This document shows, piece by piece, positions 49,211 through 63,592 of a stretch of DNA of 64,000 nucleotides (the stretch's first letter is position 1; each line of letters opens with the position of its first letter). The DNA is from Octopus sinensis. Its lineage: Eukaryota. The stretch spans positions 75,268,001-75,332,000 of the forward strand of contig NC_043005.1 of the NCBI RefSeq assembly GCF_006345805.1, written 5' to 3'. Below the pieces are notes generated by a model. The model was not told the origin of the DNA, did no database searches, and was given only the letters and a program-made list of their open reading frames with translations. Position numbers and translations under genes: made by a program.

Positions 49211-51539
49211 TTGCAGACCAAGCTTGGTTTGTTCCATATGTATGTACATACATATATATGTACATACACACATATATATGGTTTTCAAAATAATAGGTTT
49301 TACTGATTTGTTTTAATGTGTGTGCATGTGCGCATATCTATATGTGAGTATATGTATGCATAAATATACAATTCTGTGCATACATGTATGTCTAAGAGTG
49401 TACCTATGTATGCGTTTAAACAGACGCATGCAAAATGAATGCCCACACACAAACTCATTGTTTTTAAAAACATTAATTAACAGTATTAATTAAAAGTATT
49501 ACCTAAAAATATTAGTCTGGAACATTGCTTAAACAGCAACGCAATTTCATGACGTCAATTGTGTGGAGTTTAATGATTTCAATATATTACCACAAGAACC
49601 AGAAATGAAATGAAAAGCATGAGCTTGGAGCAGCTGTTTTCACACATAACTCGCAAAGGTTTTTAAACGAAAGAACATAACAATAAGCATTTCCTTCAAA
49701 CTTTCTTTTAATATTTCAAAAAATATTCAGAGGATGTTCAACAGAAGACCAGGCTCAATTTACCAGCTGAGGATCAGAAACAAGCAACTCTGAGTGCTGG
49801 AAATTAGAGCCTTTCAGTTATTATGCATTTAAGAATACTCTACATTTGTATTGAGTCCTGTAACTTATCGCTTCTATATATATACACACACACATGCATG
49901 TATTACTAGTGCATTATTAACAGGGTTCCATTTCAATTCTGTGCTATACTATAGGATAAAACTATAGATTTTAGGTAGCCAAATATCATATGCAACAGAT
50001 GTAAATTGCATCTGTATACATTTATCTATGTGGACAGTAAAAGAGTTTATCAACTGGACTAGCTTCAATCTTGGATTAAAATATATTATTAATTAATCTA
50101 TTATAATTCTTGTTACTAACTACTCACTCACTTTCCAGTCATCTTTTATCTTTTCTTGTTTCAGTGATTAGACTGTGGCCATGCTGGGGCACCTCGAAGA
50201 AATTTTAGTCGAATAAATCATCCCCAGTACTCTTTCCTTTTCTTAAGCCTGGTATTTATTCTAGTAGTCACAATTGCTGAAATGCTAAGTTACAGGGATG
50301 TAAACACACCATCACTGGTTGTCAAGCAGTGTTGAGGCGATAATCACACATACAAACACACATGACAGATCATCATCATCATTTAACATCTGTGTTCCAT
50401 GCTAGCATGAGTGGGATGGTACCACAAGAGCCGGCCAAACCAAAACCTATACCAGACTTCTGTAACTGTTTTGGCAGGATTTTTACAGCTGGATGCCCTT
50501 CCTAAAACCAACCACTCAGCAGAGTGGACTTAGTGCTTTTTACGTGGCACAAGCACAAGCAAGGTCAGTTTTGGCAAGGTTTTTACAGCTGGATGCCCTT
50601 CCAAACACCAACCACTTTATAGTGGACTGGATGCTTTTAAGTGGCACCTGCACTGACAGGGTCACCAAGTATTTGCAAGACAAAATCTTAAGAGGAGAGG
50701 AGGTATTGGAGGAGGTGACGATGAAAAGGTTATAGTGAGACAGAAACAGGTGTCTTGCTGTAGAGAAAGTACAAGGTTACCTGGCTGGAGAGAGAAAGAT
50801 CAAGAACGAAGACAAAAACAGGTGTGCTACTGCAAAGAAAACACATGGTTGCCAAACCCAAGGGAAGTGAAGCAGAAGAGACCGCAAGATGGAGATGGTG
50901 ACAAAATGCTGGGCATACTCAGAAGGAACGGGTATCAGAGTATGAGATGGTTGAGTAAAGGAAAGAGAAAGATATAGATAGTGGGAAGTGCCAGGGCATA
51001 CCCTTGAGGTCCAAATGATATAATATAAGCGACAGGATATTGCGAAGGGAGTGCGATTAAAGAGTACAAGTAAGTGGCGAAAGACCTGGGTATATATGGA
51101 GTTGAAGGGCCACCAGATATTAATGATACAGAGGAACAGGGGAGTGAGAGCTAGGTATAGTGAATGAAAGAGGAAATGCAAGAGAAGAGATATAGATTGG
51201 TTTGTTGGGGTAGGGTGAGGGAAAATTTTTCTTGTTATGTGTGGATGGAACACCTTGATGGGGGGGGGGCTAGCAGATGACAATAATAGAGTGAGACAAA
51301 GCATGTGGGTAGAACACACAGGTTGGGGGGGGCAAGCAGAATGGCACCAGGCCAAGAGGACAAGTTTCGGGTGTAGGAGGTAATCATAGTACATGAAGCG
51401 GAAATGTAAAGAAGAGATGTAGAGACATAGCTTGGTTCATTGTGATAGAGTGTGTGAGAATTTTTCTTGTTAAGTGTGAGTGGGACACACAGCACTTCTA
51501 GAACAGTTTCGCTGATGTGGGCAGGTCTTCTCAAGAACT

Positions 51540-51970
51540 TCATGTTGCCAGACATTTCAGTCCATCATCATTTCCTCTATGAGGTCCAACTTCCTGAGAT
51601 CAGTCCTTACCACTTCATCCCATGTCTTCCTGGGTCTCCCTTTTCCAATGGGTACCATCCACTTTCAGTGATCACCACATCTTTATGCAGCTGTCCTCAT
51701 TCATACTCATCACATGTCCAAACCAACGTAGTCTTCTCTCTTGCATGCTACATTTGATTCCTCTTATGCCCAACTTTTCTCTCATTACATTTGCACTTTG
51801 TCATACATGTGCACTGATGTTGCACATCCAACAGAGCATACTACTTTCGTTTCTCTCCAGTCTACACATGTCTTCAACATTCAAAGCCCATGTCTCACAA
51901 CAATTGTGTATAGCCGTTGGTACACAACCATCATATAGTCTAACTTTCACTCTGAGAGAGGCCTTTCGTT
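51540..51970 (-). mobile_element. RTE-clade LINE, decayed 3' end of the RT ORF
   Basis: Minus translation SLRVKVRLYDGCV...CETWAL...MQERRLRWFGHVM...GRPRKTWDEVVRTDL, typical of RTE C-termini. Confidence 0.85.
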
Positions 51971-53257
51971 TGTCATGGATATATATTAATCTTCTGACTG
52001 AAACTCAGTCTTCTAGATTTTCAACTTTTGCAATACTTAAACACAATCCACAATGAAAACCAAATTGTTGGCAAACATAACTTGTCTATGATTACTTGAA
52101 GAACTGGAATGAAGAGAAGCGCTACAGACAGCATTGGTGAATACTAATTCCCTTGCCAGGTTCACTGTAACTCCTAAACCTACATTTATCACTTATACAT
52201 AACCTAAATATCTCCAAAAGCTTTACAACTGCTCACCAAATAATCCAACAGAGATGGGAGGTCCAGGTCAACAATATAATAATTAACACTAACTTAATTA
52301 TTGTTTTCGCTGCAACTAAGTAATTACCTTCAGTGATTGGTTTCATTCATCATCGTCATTTTATCATCCATTTTATCATGCCGGCATGTTTCAGATGTAA
52401 TTCATAGTAGCAGATTTTCTACAGTTGGATGCCCTTTTTGTTGCCAACTTTCCCCTGTTTCCATGTAAGGTAATATTTCCCCATAGGCAAACATGTTAAA
52501 AAACAAGGAGACACAAATACATACATATATATTATTTATATACATATGACAGGTTTCTTTCAGTCTGTCTACCAAATGCACTCACAATGTTTTGGTCAGC
52601 CTAGGGCCACAGAAGACAGACAGACTGAACCATGTGATTGGGAAGTGAACTTCTTAACACACACAATTACTGACACAAGAACATTGTGATCATCAACATT
52701 TAACATCCATTTTCCATGCTGGCATGGGTTGGACAGTTTGACAAGAACTGGCAAGACAAGGGGCCACATCAGGTTCCACTGTCTGTTTTGGCTTGGTTTC
52801 TACAGCTGGATGCCATTCCTAACGTCAACCACTTTACAGTGCACTGGGTGCTTTCTATGTGGCACCAGCACCCACACTAATGCTTTTTATGTGACACCTT
52901 GGCATTAGGACATCAATTCTGTTATGGAGGGTAAGTCACTTTTCGTTGGTTATAGCTATTTTTACTATGAATAAGCATGTACCCAGAGCTGAGTACACAT
53001 GTAGCATCTTACAGCTTCCTCAGAGCCATTTAAACGAAATACATCTTTATTATGGAAACAGCTGTAAGCTAATGAAAGTGATTACATAACTTCTGTTCTT
53101 GTGTCATTCATTAATCGATATTACACTGTACAGACCAGAAGGTTTACTATAAAGAATAAGTATATTGAGTTCTAACAAATGGTTATTAGTATTACGATGC
53201 CTAAATGGAATCATAAAGGACAGGCAGGCAGGCAGACAGATCCCTATACATATTTAT

Positions 53258-53297
<40 letters not shown>

Positions 53298-53335
53298 CGG
53301 GAAGCTTTATGAAAATAGACAAAAGACGAAGGCAG

Positions 53336-53385
<50 letters not shown>

Positions 53386-53387
<2 letters not shown>

Positions 53388-53790
53388 TACCTTGAGAGAA
53401 AAGTTGACCTAAGAAACATCAGATGTGGTGTGCAAGAGAGACGACTGCACTGGTATGGTCATGTGGCGAGAATGGAAGAGAATAGCAGTGTGAAAAAGTG
53501 CCACATCCTAGCGGTTGAGGGAACCTGTGGAAGAGGTAGACCCAGGAAGACCTGGGATGAGGTAGTGAAGCACAACCGTCAAACATTAGGCTTCACCGAG
53601 GCAATGACTAGTGACCGAGACCTTTGGAAATATGCTGTGCTTGAGAAAACCCGGCAAGCCAAGTGAGACCATAACCTGTGGCCTGTGCCAAGGGTGTAAC
53701 CAGCCCACTTGTGCATGCCTTTCCTTCATTGGACACTAAACTCTGCTTGCGAAGATCTGTTGAGGAAATCGAAATCAAATTCAATGACTG
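53386..53790 (+). mobile_element. RTE-clade LINE 3' fragment (ORF end at 53666 plus 3' UTR), 5'-truncated at a (TA)n tract
   Basis: [37 protein letters not shown]...GRGRPRKTWDEVVKH...DRDLWKYAV. It continues into the (GAT)n-tailed repeat at 53780-54235. Confidence 0.9.
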
Positions 53791-54699
53791 GCATCCATGT
53801 TAGTGGAGCACCATCCAAGTGTGATCGTTGCCAGAGCAGCTGACTGGCTTCTGGGCCGGTGGCATGTAAAAAGCACCATTCGAGCAGGATTGTTACCAGC
53901 GTCACCTTACTGGCACTTGTGCCGGTGGCACATGAAAAAACATTCGAGTGATGTCGTTACCAGTGCTGCTAGACTGGCTCCTGTGCAGGTGGCACGTAAA
54001 AAACATCATTTGAGAGTGGCTATTCCCAGAACTGCCTGACTGGCCCTTGTGCCAGTGGCACGTAAAAACACTCACTCCACTCTCGGAGAGGTTGGCATTA
54101 GGAAGGGCATCCAACTGTAGAAACTCTGCCAGATCAGATTGGAGCCTGGTGCAGCCATCTGGTTCACCAGTCCTCAGTCAAATTGTCCAACCTATGCTAG
54201 CATGGAAAGCGGATGTTAAATGATGATGATCATGATGGATAGATGGATAATGAGAGAGAGAGATATCAGTAAAAAATATTGAAATACATTGTATTCAATC
54301 CAATTTTATATTACACATCAATGCCTTTATTTGGAATCCCTTGTCTAGTGTTATTGTGCTGTAGCTAACGTATCATTACATTTAGCATCTTTCCACACTA
54401 TCGGATTCACTAAGCAGCCAACTAGAGTGATACTTAAATCCATGACGGTGCATTCGACATCACCCCAACAATTACTAAAGTATCAACAAGTTTACTTCAC
54501 TTCATGTTCTTAATTGCTTTACTATTTCTGCTCAGATCTCCACCATTAACATTTTCCACTAAATGCTTTGTTAGTTTGTCACTGAGAAGGAAGTGCACAC
54601 AGCTTATATCAGACACATTTTAACTCAATTGCACTATTGCTATGTTTTGTGTTACAAAACACAAGATTCTCATTGCCCAATAAAAAACCTGCTCCGAGT

Positions 54700-54852
54700 T
54701 AATCCTTTTGATAGCAACCCACCTGAAACCAATCCTGGTTCTCAAATACAAACTTCCTGCTGTAACAGTTAACTGCCACATGTACCACCTGTGCTTCATT
54801 GCTTAACTTCACATGACAGCCAATTTCAGCTGGGTTGGTAACGAAAGGGTTA
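54700..54852 (+). mobile_element. piggyBac-type MITE, family 2 (other decayed copies near 4420-4640, 27908-28130, 35698-35935)
   Basis: TTAA-(C/T)CCTTTTGATA(C/G)CAACCCACCTGA...GGTAACGAAAGGG-TTAA ends, with shared internal blocks among the listed copies. Confidence 0.6.
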
Positions 54853-55202
54853 AGATAACAAAGCGTTTGTTATAGATTAACTACCATAATAACAATTAAA
54901 AGTTTGAGGGATTTAGCCAGTAAAAGTCAAGGGCAATAAAAACAGGGTTGCTTGAAAAGACCCATCAAACCAAGTGAAATTGTAGTCATAGCAGATACTA
55001 GTGTCATGCAAACTAGCATCCATGCTGGTTTCACATAAAAGCACCCATTACACTCTTAAAGTGGTTGGTGTTAGGAAGGGCATCTAGCAGTAGAAACCAT
55101 GCCAAATCAGACTAGAGTCTGGTGCAACCCCTCAGCTTACCAGCCTTGGTCAAACTGACCAACCCATACCACAATGGACAACAGATGCTAAATGATGATG
55201 AT

Positions 55203-55594
55203 AGGTGTAGGAGAGGTTGTGTGGTAAGTAGCTTGCTTACAAACCACATGGTTCCAGGTTCAGTCCCACTGCGTGGCACCTTGGGCATGTGTCTTCTCCT
55301 ATAGCCTCGGGCCGACCAAAGCTTTGTGAGTGGATTTGGTAGACGGAATCTGAAAGAAGCCCATCGTATATATATGTATGTGTGTGTGTATATGTTTGTA
55401 ACCTACCCACCCCCAACATCGCTTGACAACCAATGCTGGTGTGTTTACATCCCCGTAACTTAGCGGTTCAGCAAAAGAGACCGATAGAATAAGTACTAGG
55501 CTTACAAAGAATAAGTCCTGGGGTTGATTTGTTCGACTAAAGGCGGTGCTCCAGCATGGCCACAGTTACATGACTGAAACAAGTAAAAAGAGTA
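55203..55594 (+). mobile_element. SINE family A
   Basis: Full-length match to the other family A copies. Confidence 0.9.
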
Positions 55595-56786
55595 TGATGA
55601 TGATATAAGGGAAAGGAGGGAAAGGAGAGAAAGGAAGATGGCATTATTAAGGGTTTTAAATTTTAGAATATATATTATTTCTATTAAACTGGACGAATTA
55701 CTAATATCACTAGTGTAACTATAACACAGACTAAAAAAATGCATTGTTTTGTTCTAATGTCCTGCTGTGCAAACAAAGCTAGAATTTTCAGTCTGGGGAA
55801 ACGGTTAACTAAGATGCTTAATCTACTGATCTTCATTGTAATCCTCCTCGATCATAAACAGCAACTAATCTCAGACATTAGTATTCTAGAGATAAGAATG
55901 AAGATGCAGACGATGCTGACAATCGCTACAGTAACAAGATTTATTGCTAAGGCAAATCTTTATCCTTTATTTACTATTTTGTTTCAGTTATTAGACTGCA
56001 GCCGTGCTGGGGCACAGCCTTGAGGAATTTTAGTCAAACATCAACCACAATACTTATTCTCCCTTTAAGCCTGGTACTTACTCTATTGGTCTCTTTTGCC
56101 AAACTGCTAAGTTACAAGGATATAAACACACCAACACCAGTTGTCAAGCATTGAGGACAAACACACACACACACACACATATATATATACATGACAGGCT
56201 TCTTTCAGTTTCCATCTACCAAATCCACACACAAAGATTTGGTCAGCCTCAGGCTCTAGTAGAAAACAATTGATCAAGGTGTTCCGCAGTGGAACTGAAC
56301 CTGGAACCATGTGGTTGGGAAACAAGCTTCTTAGCACTCAGCCATCCCTGCACATCAAATGAATATGTAAATAAGGTTTAAAATTATTCAGACAGAATTA
56401 ATCAGTGAAAGAAAACTATTTCAGTGGCTTGAGAGTAGACTTCTTTCATTCCTTTGTACAAGAGAAATGGTGATGCCCTGGACTGAGGCTTGCGCACAGT
56501 CCAGGATGAAAATATTGGAAAGAGTGTTAAGCCATCACATGTGTGCATGTCTCCTTGTCTTGACATCTTGATATTTGTAAATGAGTGTCACCATCATACA
56601 AGCGGTATCCTTCATTCCAATCTCCCTTGTAAAATTAGACCAGCCATGGGGAAATACTACTTTACATGGAAACAGGAAAGTTGGTAACATGAAAAGCATT
56701 TTGTAAGACCCATGCAAGCCTCGAAGAAAAGTGAGGCAGATGAACAGGAGTGGTATGCAGTATACTAGCCTGGAAAAAATCATTGG

Positions 56787-57179
56787 CTCTTTTACTTGTT
56801 TCAGTCATTTGACTGTGGCCATGCTGGAGCACCGCCTTTAGTCAAGCAAATCGACCCCGGGACTTATTCTTTGTAAGCCCAGAACTATCGGTCTCTTTTG
56901 CCGAACCGCTAAGTGACGGGGACATAAACACACCAGCATCGGTTGTCAAGCAATGCTAGGGGGACAAACACAGACACACAAACATATACACACACATACA
57001 TATATACATATATATGACAGGCTTCTTTCAGTTTCCGTCTACCAAATCCACTCACAAGGCATTGGTCGGCCCGGGGCTATAGCAGAAGACATTTGCCCAA
57101 GATGCCACGCAGTGGGACTGAACCTGGAACCACGTGGCTGGTAAGCAAGCTACTTACCACACAGCCACTCCTGCGCCTA
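56787..57179 (-). mobile_element. SINE family A, young subfamily
   Basis: Full-length match with the subfamily diagnostics. Confidence 0.9.
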
Positions 57180-58190
57180 TGACTAATGTTGTTTAACTTC
57201 CAGAGCAGTCTTGACTGAGTAGAGCTATGATAAAAGACATTCCAGCCATGACTATTCCATCTTGTCTTCAGATGGAATATATCGAAGACCACATTACCCA
57301 ACATTTTCTTTTTGATATCTTACAGATGGGAGTGTGTCACAAGAGAAATTTGGCTGCTATATCTAGCAGATTAAGTGACTCAGAACTACTGTAGTAACAA
57401 TAGGAGATAAAAAGGAGAAAATACCACTAACCACTTTCTCTTTCCTTCCAATATATTTCCCCACCCCTTTTTCTTGCTCTTTCTTTACTATTTCTCTATG
57501 TTATTCACACTTATAATACCTACCATTAAATCACTCAAAGACTAGTTAGCTGATTAGCTGAAATAATGTTACAGCACTAATTATACTAGCTCATTACAAA
57601 TTAGTATGATGTTCAGGGTAGGATGTATTACATAATCTACAGAAAACGGCAAACTGACCCCATTTTACAACCCGTTTAAATTTATAATGAGAAAAATCTC
57701 CTTGTGCTTTGCAGTTATTGTTTCACAACATGTTACCTATGATGAAAAATGCCCCAGCCTTGATAATCCAGTCTTTTTATATATAGAAGGCTATGTGAAG
57801 TTCAGAAATTAGATATTTATTTCTTTATTGCCCACAGGGGGCTAAACATAGAGGGGACAAACAAGGACAGACAAAGGGATTAAGTCGATTGCATCGACCC
57901 CAGTGCGTAACTGGTACTTATTTAATCGACCCCAAAAGGATGAAAGGCAAAGTTGACCTTGGCGGAATTTGAACTCAGAATGTAATGCCAGATGAAATAC
58001 TGCTAAGCATTTCACCCAGCATGGTAACGATTCTGTCAGATTGCTGCCCGATTGTTTCAGTTAATGGATTGCAGTCATGCTTTGGTATTCCTTTGAAGGG
58101 CTTATGCAAACAAATCAACCCCAGTAATTCTACTTTTTAAAGTCTGGCACTTGTATTTCTTGTGCTGAACTACTTGGTTACAGGGATGTA

Positions 58191-58374
58191 CAGTCATTCC
58201 TCGACTACTGCGGGTATTACATTCCAAAACACTCCATGATAGGTGAGTACTGAATATTTTTTTTAATTATTTTTATAATTTGTATATATTTATTTTATTA
58301 TAAATGCAAAACAACACCACAGGGGAATTGACATAAGCTTAAATAATAAACCGCAATATGGCCAGAGATTACTC
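58191..58374. mobile_element. Decayed pogo/Tigger-like MITE nested in an old SINE
   Basis: TA-CAGTCATTCCTCGAC left end. It interrupts a SINE-A copy at gggatgTA|...|TAaacaaacc. The right TIR is degenerate. Confidence 0.4.
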
Positions 58375-59899
58375 TAAACAAACCAATGCCAATTGCTCAG
58401 CAGTTTGGGTGGGAAAGGGAGAGAAACAAACACAAAGATACATATGGGATTCCACACAGTTTCCATGTACCAAATTCACTCAAAGTATTTGGAGGCCCAG
58501 GGCTATAATTAAAGACACTTGCCCAAGGTTCTGAGCAGTGGGACTAAACCTGCAACCACATGGTTGCAAAGCAAGCTGGTTAACCACACAGCCACTTTTC
58601 CCTTTTATATTAAAACGAAAAGGAATGGCGGCAGAATACAAATATTTACTTCAATCAGAAGTTTCAAATATATCATTATCATGGTTGCTTTTCCCTAGTT
58701 TCATGGATTCAAATGCAAAAAATGGTGAGAGCATCTCACCATTTGTTGCATTCTTTTGACATCTCTTTCAACACTTTGAGGTCAGCTTTTACAACTTCTG
58801 CTCATGTTTTCCTCAGCCTCTCTCTTCCAGTTTCCTTCTACTCAGCTATTTTGGCCAATCATCATCATTTAATGTAGATTGTCCATACTGGCATGGGTTG
58901 AACGGTTTGACTGGGGTGGCACGCTGAAAGGCTGCGCCAAACTCCAGTCTGATTTGGCATGGTTTTCTACAGCTGGATGCCCTTCCTAACGCCAACCACT
59001 CCGAGAGTGTGATGGGTCCATTCTAATGCCGTCTTCATTGTAGCCCATGATACATCATCTATCTTTTACTCAATTTATCTCACATTAGTCATGCACACTA
59101 ACATTACACATCCACCAGAGTACACTTGCTTCATTTCTCTCCAACTTTCACACATTATCTCCATTCAATGCTGATGACTCACTAACATGTTGCATCATTT
59201 TTCACCAGAAGTGGAGCCTAGCGGCAGGTATTTAAAGGGAAAAATTTGACAAGTCGGTCAGTCACTGGCTGACACTACATTGAAGAGGCCAGGGAACAGA
59301 AGAAAGAAGAAGAAAGAAGACATGCACCCAACACCAGAGCTGAAGACACCTCTGAAAGGGGGGGGGGGCGCCACATCAAAATGGTAGAGGAGTAGGGGCC
59401 GAAACCGGACGTGGCTCCTCCTGATGATGTCTTGAGCTAACTGGATCCTATAAAGGAGCTGTTGTGGTAGCAGACAACGAAACACGGTTGTAATTCCACA
59501 TACAATCTTCTCTTTACTTGAAGACCAAATCTCATTGTTGGCAACATGGTAATAATTCTGAGAAGTTTTTCTGCTCTTATTCTGGCTACTATCTTTTCAG
59601 ATCATCCTCCTCCAACTACTGATTGAGTAGCACAGGTAGAAGAAGTTTTTTATATTTCAGAGAAATATATAGAAATTATATTTGGTTGGTCTGGACAAAG
59701 TAGCAGTGTTGCAGCCTTTGCAGTCTCTGTGAGACTGTTGAACAGTGGTTCTCGATCTTTTTTTATATCTGGACCAGATCCAAAATCTGAATTTTTTTAG
59801 GGGGCAGCACCAAAAATGTAAAACAAGTCAAAGTAGAATTTGACCATCAGAGGAGCCACAACTGAGATCTGCTGTTAACATTCCACTTAAATTATTGCC

Positions 59900-60640
59900 A
59901 CATCACTGACTGTAGGAAAGACATGAGCAGGACAGGAATATAGCAGTATGATATTCTAGGGAGGAAGAATTTGGCATAGTGGTTAGTGCAGGGCCTGGGG
60001 AGTGGACACAAAGTGAGAAATTGAGAGGAGAGATGAGTGAACCCAAGTGAGCTAAGGTGACACGAGACCAGCCAGTTTTAAGAAACAGACAACCATTATT
60101 AGATAAAGCAGAGAGAGATGCAAGATGTCTGAAGTGTAGGGGTTGAAGTGTGTCCATGGATCACTGTATATCAATCAGTCAAGTGGCCTTTCTGTGGATG
60201 CTATCAGGGATGTCCATTGTGCAGTAGCAGCCCAACCCCAAGCGTAAAAGCAATACTTCATTATGGATCTTACCTGATCTTTGTAGGGTCAGTAATTGGT
60301 ATAGGCTAAATTATTTCTAGCATGTGCTCTTTATGGGAGATCCTCTGTGGAAGTCAAAGCTAGTATTTGATGTGACCACAAAGGCTTTAGCTGCATGCTC
60401 ATGTTGAAGGGAACTGAAGAGCAATTTTTTTGTTTATATGGGCAGTGCTTGTCTGTGTGTGTGTGTTTGGGGTTTGTTTATTTTTGCTGTTGAAAGAGAC
60501 AAGATTGGCTTAACCTCACTGGAGGATACTCTGGAGGTCATTGCTCATGGAATTAGTGCAGTTTGGTGTGGAGTGTTTTAGATGCATGTGGATAACATTT
60601 GGGTAGGGAAGGTCAGGGAGGAATGAAGGGTGGTTAACAC
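59900..60640 (-). mobile_element. CR1/Jockey-group LINE, decayed RT C-terminal region
   Basis: Minus-strand fragments LQRSGKIHNEV / YAWGW...SIHRKAT*LID...DTLQPLHFRHLASLSAL resemble the RT C-terminal YCSxxW...LDxIQRRAxRLI...LQPLxHRRxVASL pattern. Confidence 0.5.
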
Positions 60641-60674
60641 ATAATGAGTATATTTAAGAGATGAGGAATAATTA

Positions 60675-60828
60675 TTTACATTACATTTGACGGATATTTG
60701 TCCTCAGGAATGAGAACCCAGGTTCAAAATTTCCCCAAGACACCTGAAGAAAGCTGGAGGGGATAACAACCGAAATGTTGTGTTAACAACAAACAAGATG
60801 AGGACAAATATCCGTCGAATGTAAGTAA
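60675..60828 (+). mobile_element. Short Penelope-like remnant with inverted ~30-bp end and a degenerate hammerhead (60739-60784)
   Basis: Same family as 1438-1550. ttacatttgacggatatttgtcctc at the left end is the near-exact reverse complement of gaggacaaatatccgtcgaatgtaa at the right end (one mismatch). Core is GACAC-CTGAAGA...GAAA-TG-TT-GTGTT with a damaged stem II. Confidence 0.6.
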
Positions 60829-61756
60829 TGAGTATTGTTGGACATAACAGTAAGTAGGTCAGTGATGTATATAAACAGAAGTAGGTGGAGATGGGGGGGC
60901 ACAGAACCAAAGCTTCAAGAAATCATAGTTGAAAGAGTGTGGGGCAGAGAAAGCACAGGCTGCAACAATGTGACCTGATGGGAAGTTACTGATCCGAGAG
61001 ATGGGAGACAGTTGAAACTCACAGAGGACAGTTGTGACAGGAGGTTCACTTGTCAGATACAATCAAATGTTTGATGAGGATTGCCTTCACCAAATTTCTT
61101 TAGAGCAAGAGCCCACACATAGCTGACATACGGGAGTGGCTCTCCAGTAGATAAGGTTTTAGTAAAAGTAGAAACACTGCCAGATCAGACTGGAACCTGG
61201 CACAGCCTCCTGGCTTCCCAGACCCCTGTCGAACTGTTCAACCCATGCTAGCATGGAAACAGACGTTAAACGATGATGATGATATATACATACATACACA
61301 GACAAAGTTTCCATCATCCAAACTTTCACAAAGCTTTGCAGAACCCAGGGCTATAGTAGAAGACACTGGCTCAATGTGCCATATAGTGAAACTACACCAG
61401 ACAACATGTGGTTGGGAGGCAAAGTTCTTAACCACAAAGCCACACCTGTGCGTATAGTTTCTGTCTACCAAATCCAACCAGAAGGCTTTGGTTGACCCAG
61501 GGCTATAGTAGAAGAGCCATGCAGTGGAACTGAACTTGAAACGATTTTTTTTTTTTTGTGGGAAAGCAAAACTTCTTAATCAGAGAGCCACAACTGCACC
61601 TTGCTCAAAATTTGTCTTTGGTTATTGATATTGCTGCATACATTGTTCCCAACACTGAGTGGATGGAAAGAGAAAAAGGCCCTCCACAACACATGGGTTG
61701 CATTTAGGTGGTTGTGATTACTTCAAAGTTCCAGATAAAAAATTTCCCTTTTATAT

Positions 61757-62132
61757 TACTCTTTACTCTCTCTTTTACTTGTTTCAGTCATTTGACTGCG
61801 GCCATGCTGGAGCACCATCTTTAGTCGAGCAAATTGACCCCAGGACTTATTCTTTGTAAGCCTAGTACTTATTCTATCGGTCTCTTTTGCCAAACCGCTA
61901 AGTTACGGGGGACGTAAACACACCAGCATCGGTTGTCAAGCAATGTTTGGAGGACACACACACATATACATATATACGACGGGCTTCTTTCAGTTTCTGT
62001 CTACCAAATCCACTCACAAGGTTTTGGTTAGCCTGAGGCTATAGTAGAAGACACTTGCCCAAGGTGCCACGCAGTGGGACTGAACCCAAAACCGTGTGGT
62101 TGGTAAGCAAGCTACATACCACACAGTCACTG
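61757..62132 (-). mobile_element. SINE family A
   Basis: Full-length match to the other family A copies. Confidence 0.9.
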
Positions 62133-63394
62133 CGAATTTTTTTTAGCATTTGTCAATTATTGCTTTTGCTTTCATATATTATTCCATTTCCTTTCACTCT
62201 GTGACGATCATTACACGTACATGGAACACAGATCGCCAACACCACCATGACAAAAGTATTAAGGCGGCGAGCAAACAAAATCGTTAGCGGCATTTCGTCC
62301 GTCTGTACATTCTGAGCTCAATTCCGCTGAGGTCGACTTTACCTTTTATCCTTTCAGAGTCGATAAAATAAGTACCATTTGAGCACAGAGGTCGATGTAA
62401 TCGATTTACCCTCTCCCTCGAAATTGTTGGCCTTGTACCAAAATCTAAAACTAATATTATTTTAATTATTTCGCTAAGCACGGGAAACTACTTTGTACGT
62501 GCTTTGGTATTATTATGGCCTCATCAGCGAAGCACAGACTAAACTGTATTTGCTCAAACAGTAATGAGAACATTACACTTGTACAGAATTGTACAGTAGT
62601 TGGCGTAGACATCTCGTAATGTTTAGAGACGCTACTCGCATGAGAAGTTCGGTTATTTAATGCAGAAGCGTTAAAATGTTTGATAAAACCATTCGGGATG
62701 CATTAAACTAGCTTTTAAAATGAATAGATAGATATATAATGAAGAATATAGACCAATTAATTAATGCTAATTATGTTTATGTTGAAATAATTTTCCTCAC
62801 TTCTTCCGAGGTAAGAAAATCTACAGGTGCGAGTCTTTTAAACCCAGTCACCATTATCTTAAACAAGAAAACAACCTAGTTATTAACTCTTGTCGGAGAT
62901 TTGTAGGAAAACGGTTAACACAGCAGGTTATATATATATACAAATAACAGATTTACAAAATATAGCCAATGAGCTGCAGACATAAAATAAAACAATTACT
63001 ACCAATTAAGACGTATTTTGTCCAATAGAATACTGCATATAAACTAATACAGTCTCAACTTGTTTTTAAACACCCAACTCAATCCGTGGCCCTCTGACAG
63101 CTTAACCTTTTCGATACAAATAAATAATAAATGCTGAGAAATCCTCAAGCTTCGTTAAGAAATATGTTATCTAATAAGGATTCCGGACTTGCTTAATTTC
63201 ACTTGCGTCAGTAAAAAAAACAAAATTAAATTAAATTAAAACAGTCTCCATTAATGCTTCTTTGACTAAACATCCTGTAAGCTTCTTCTAACCAGTGCAT
63301 GATTTCTTTTTATATCTATATAAGAAATTATACTTTCATTTAAACGAATGCAAGATATATGAAAAACTGAAAGACATCGACAACATTGTACTTT

Positions 63395-63426
<32 letters not shown>

Positions 63427-63529
63427 ATAAACACATCAAGTCAGGAGGTTTGAGAGATGAATATTTATTTATCCACTGTGTGTGTGTGTGTGTATTTGGA
63501 ATGCGTATCATTTCGACACAAATAAATAA

Positions 63530-63592
<63 letters not shown>

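Noticed and set aside
50777-51394. 205-aa ORF, the longest in the track
   Set aside because: Low-complexity antisense reading of a purine-rich repeat next to an RTE remnant. No domain motif and no supporting splice signals.
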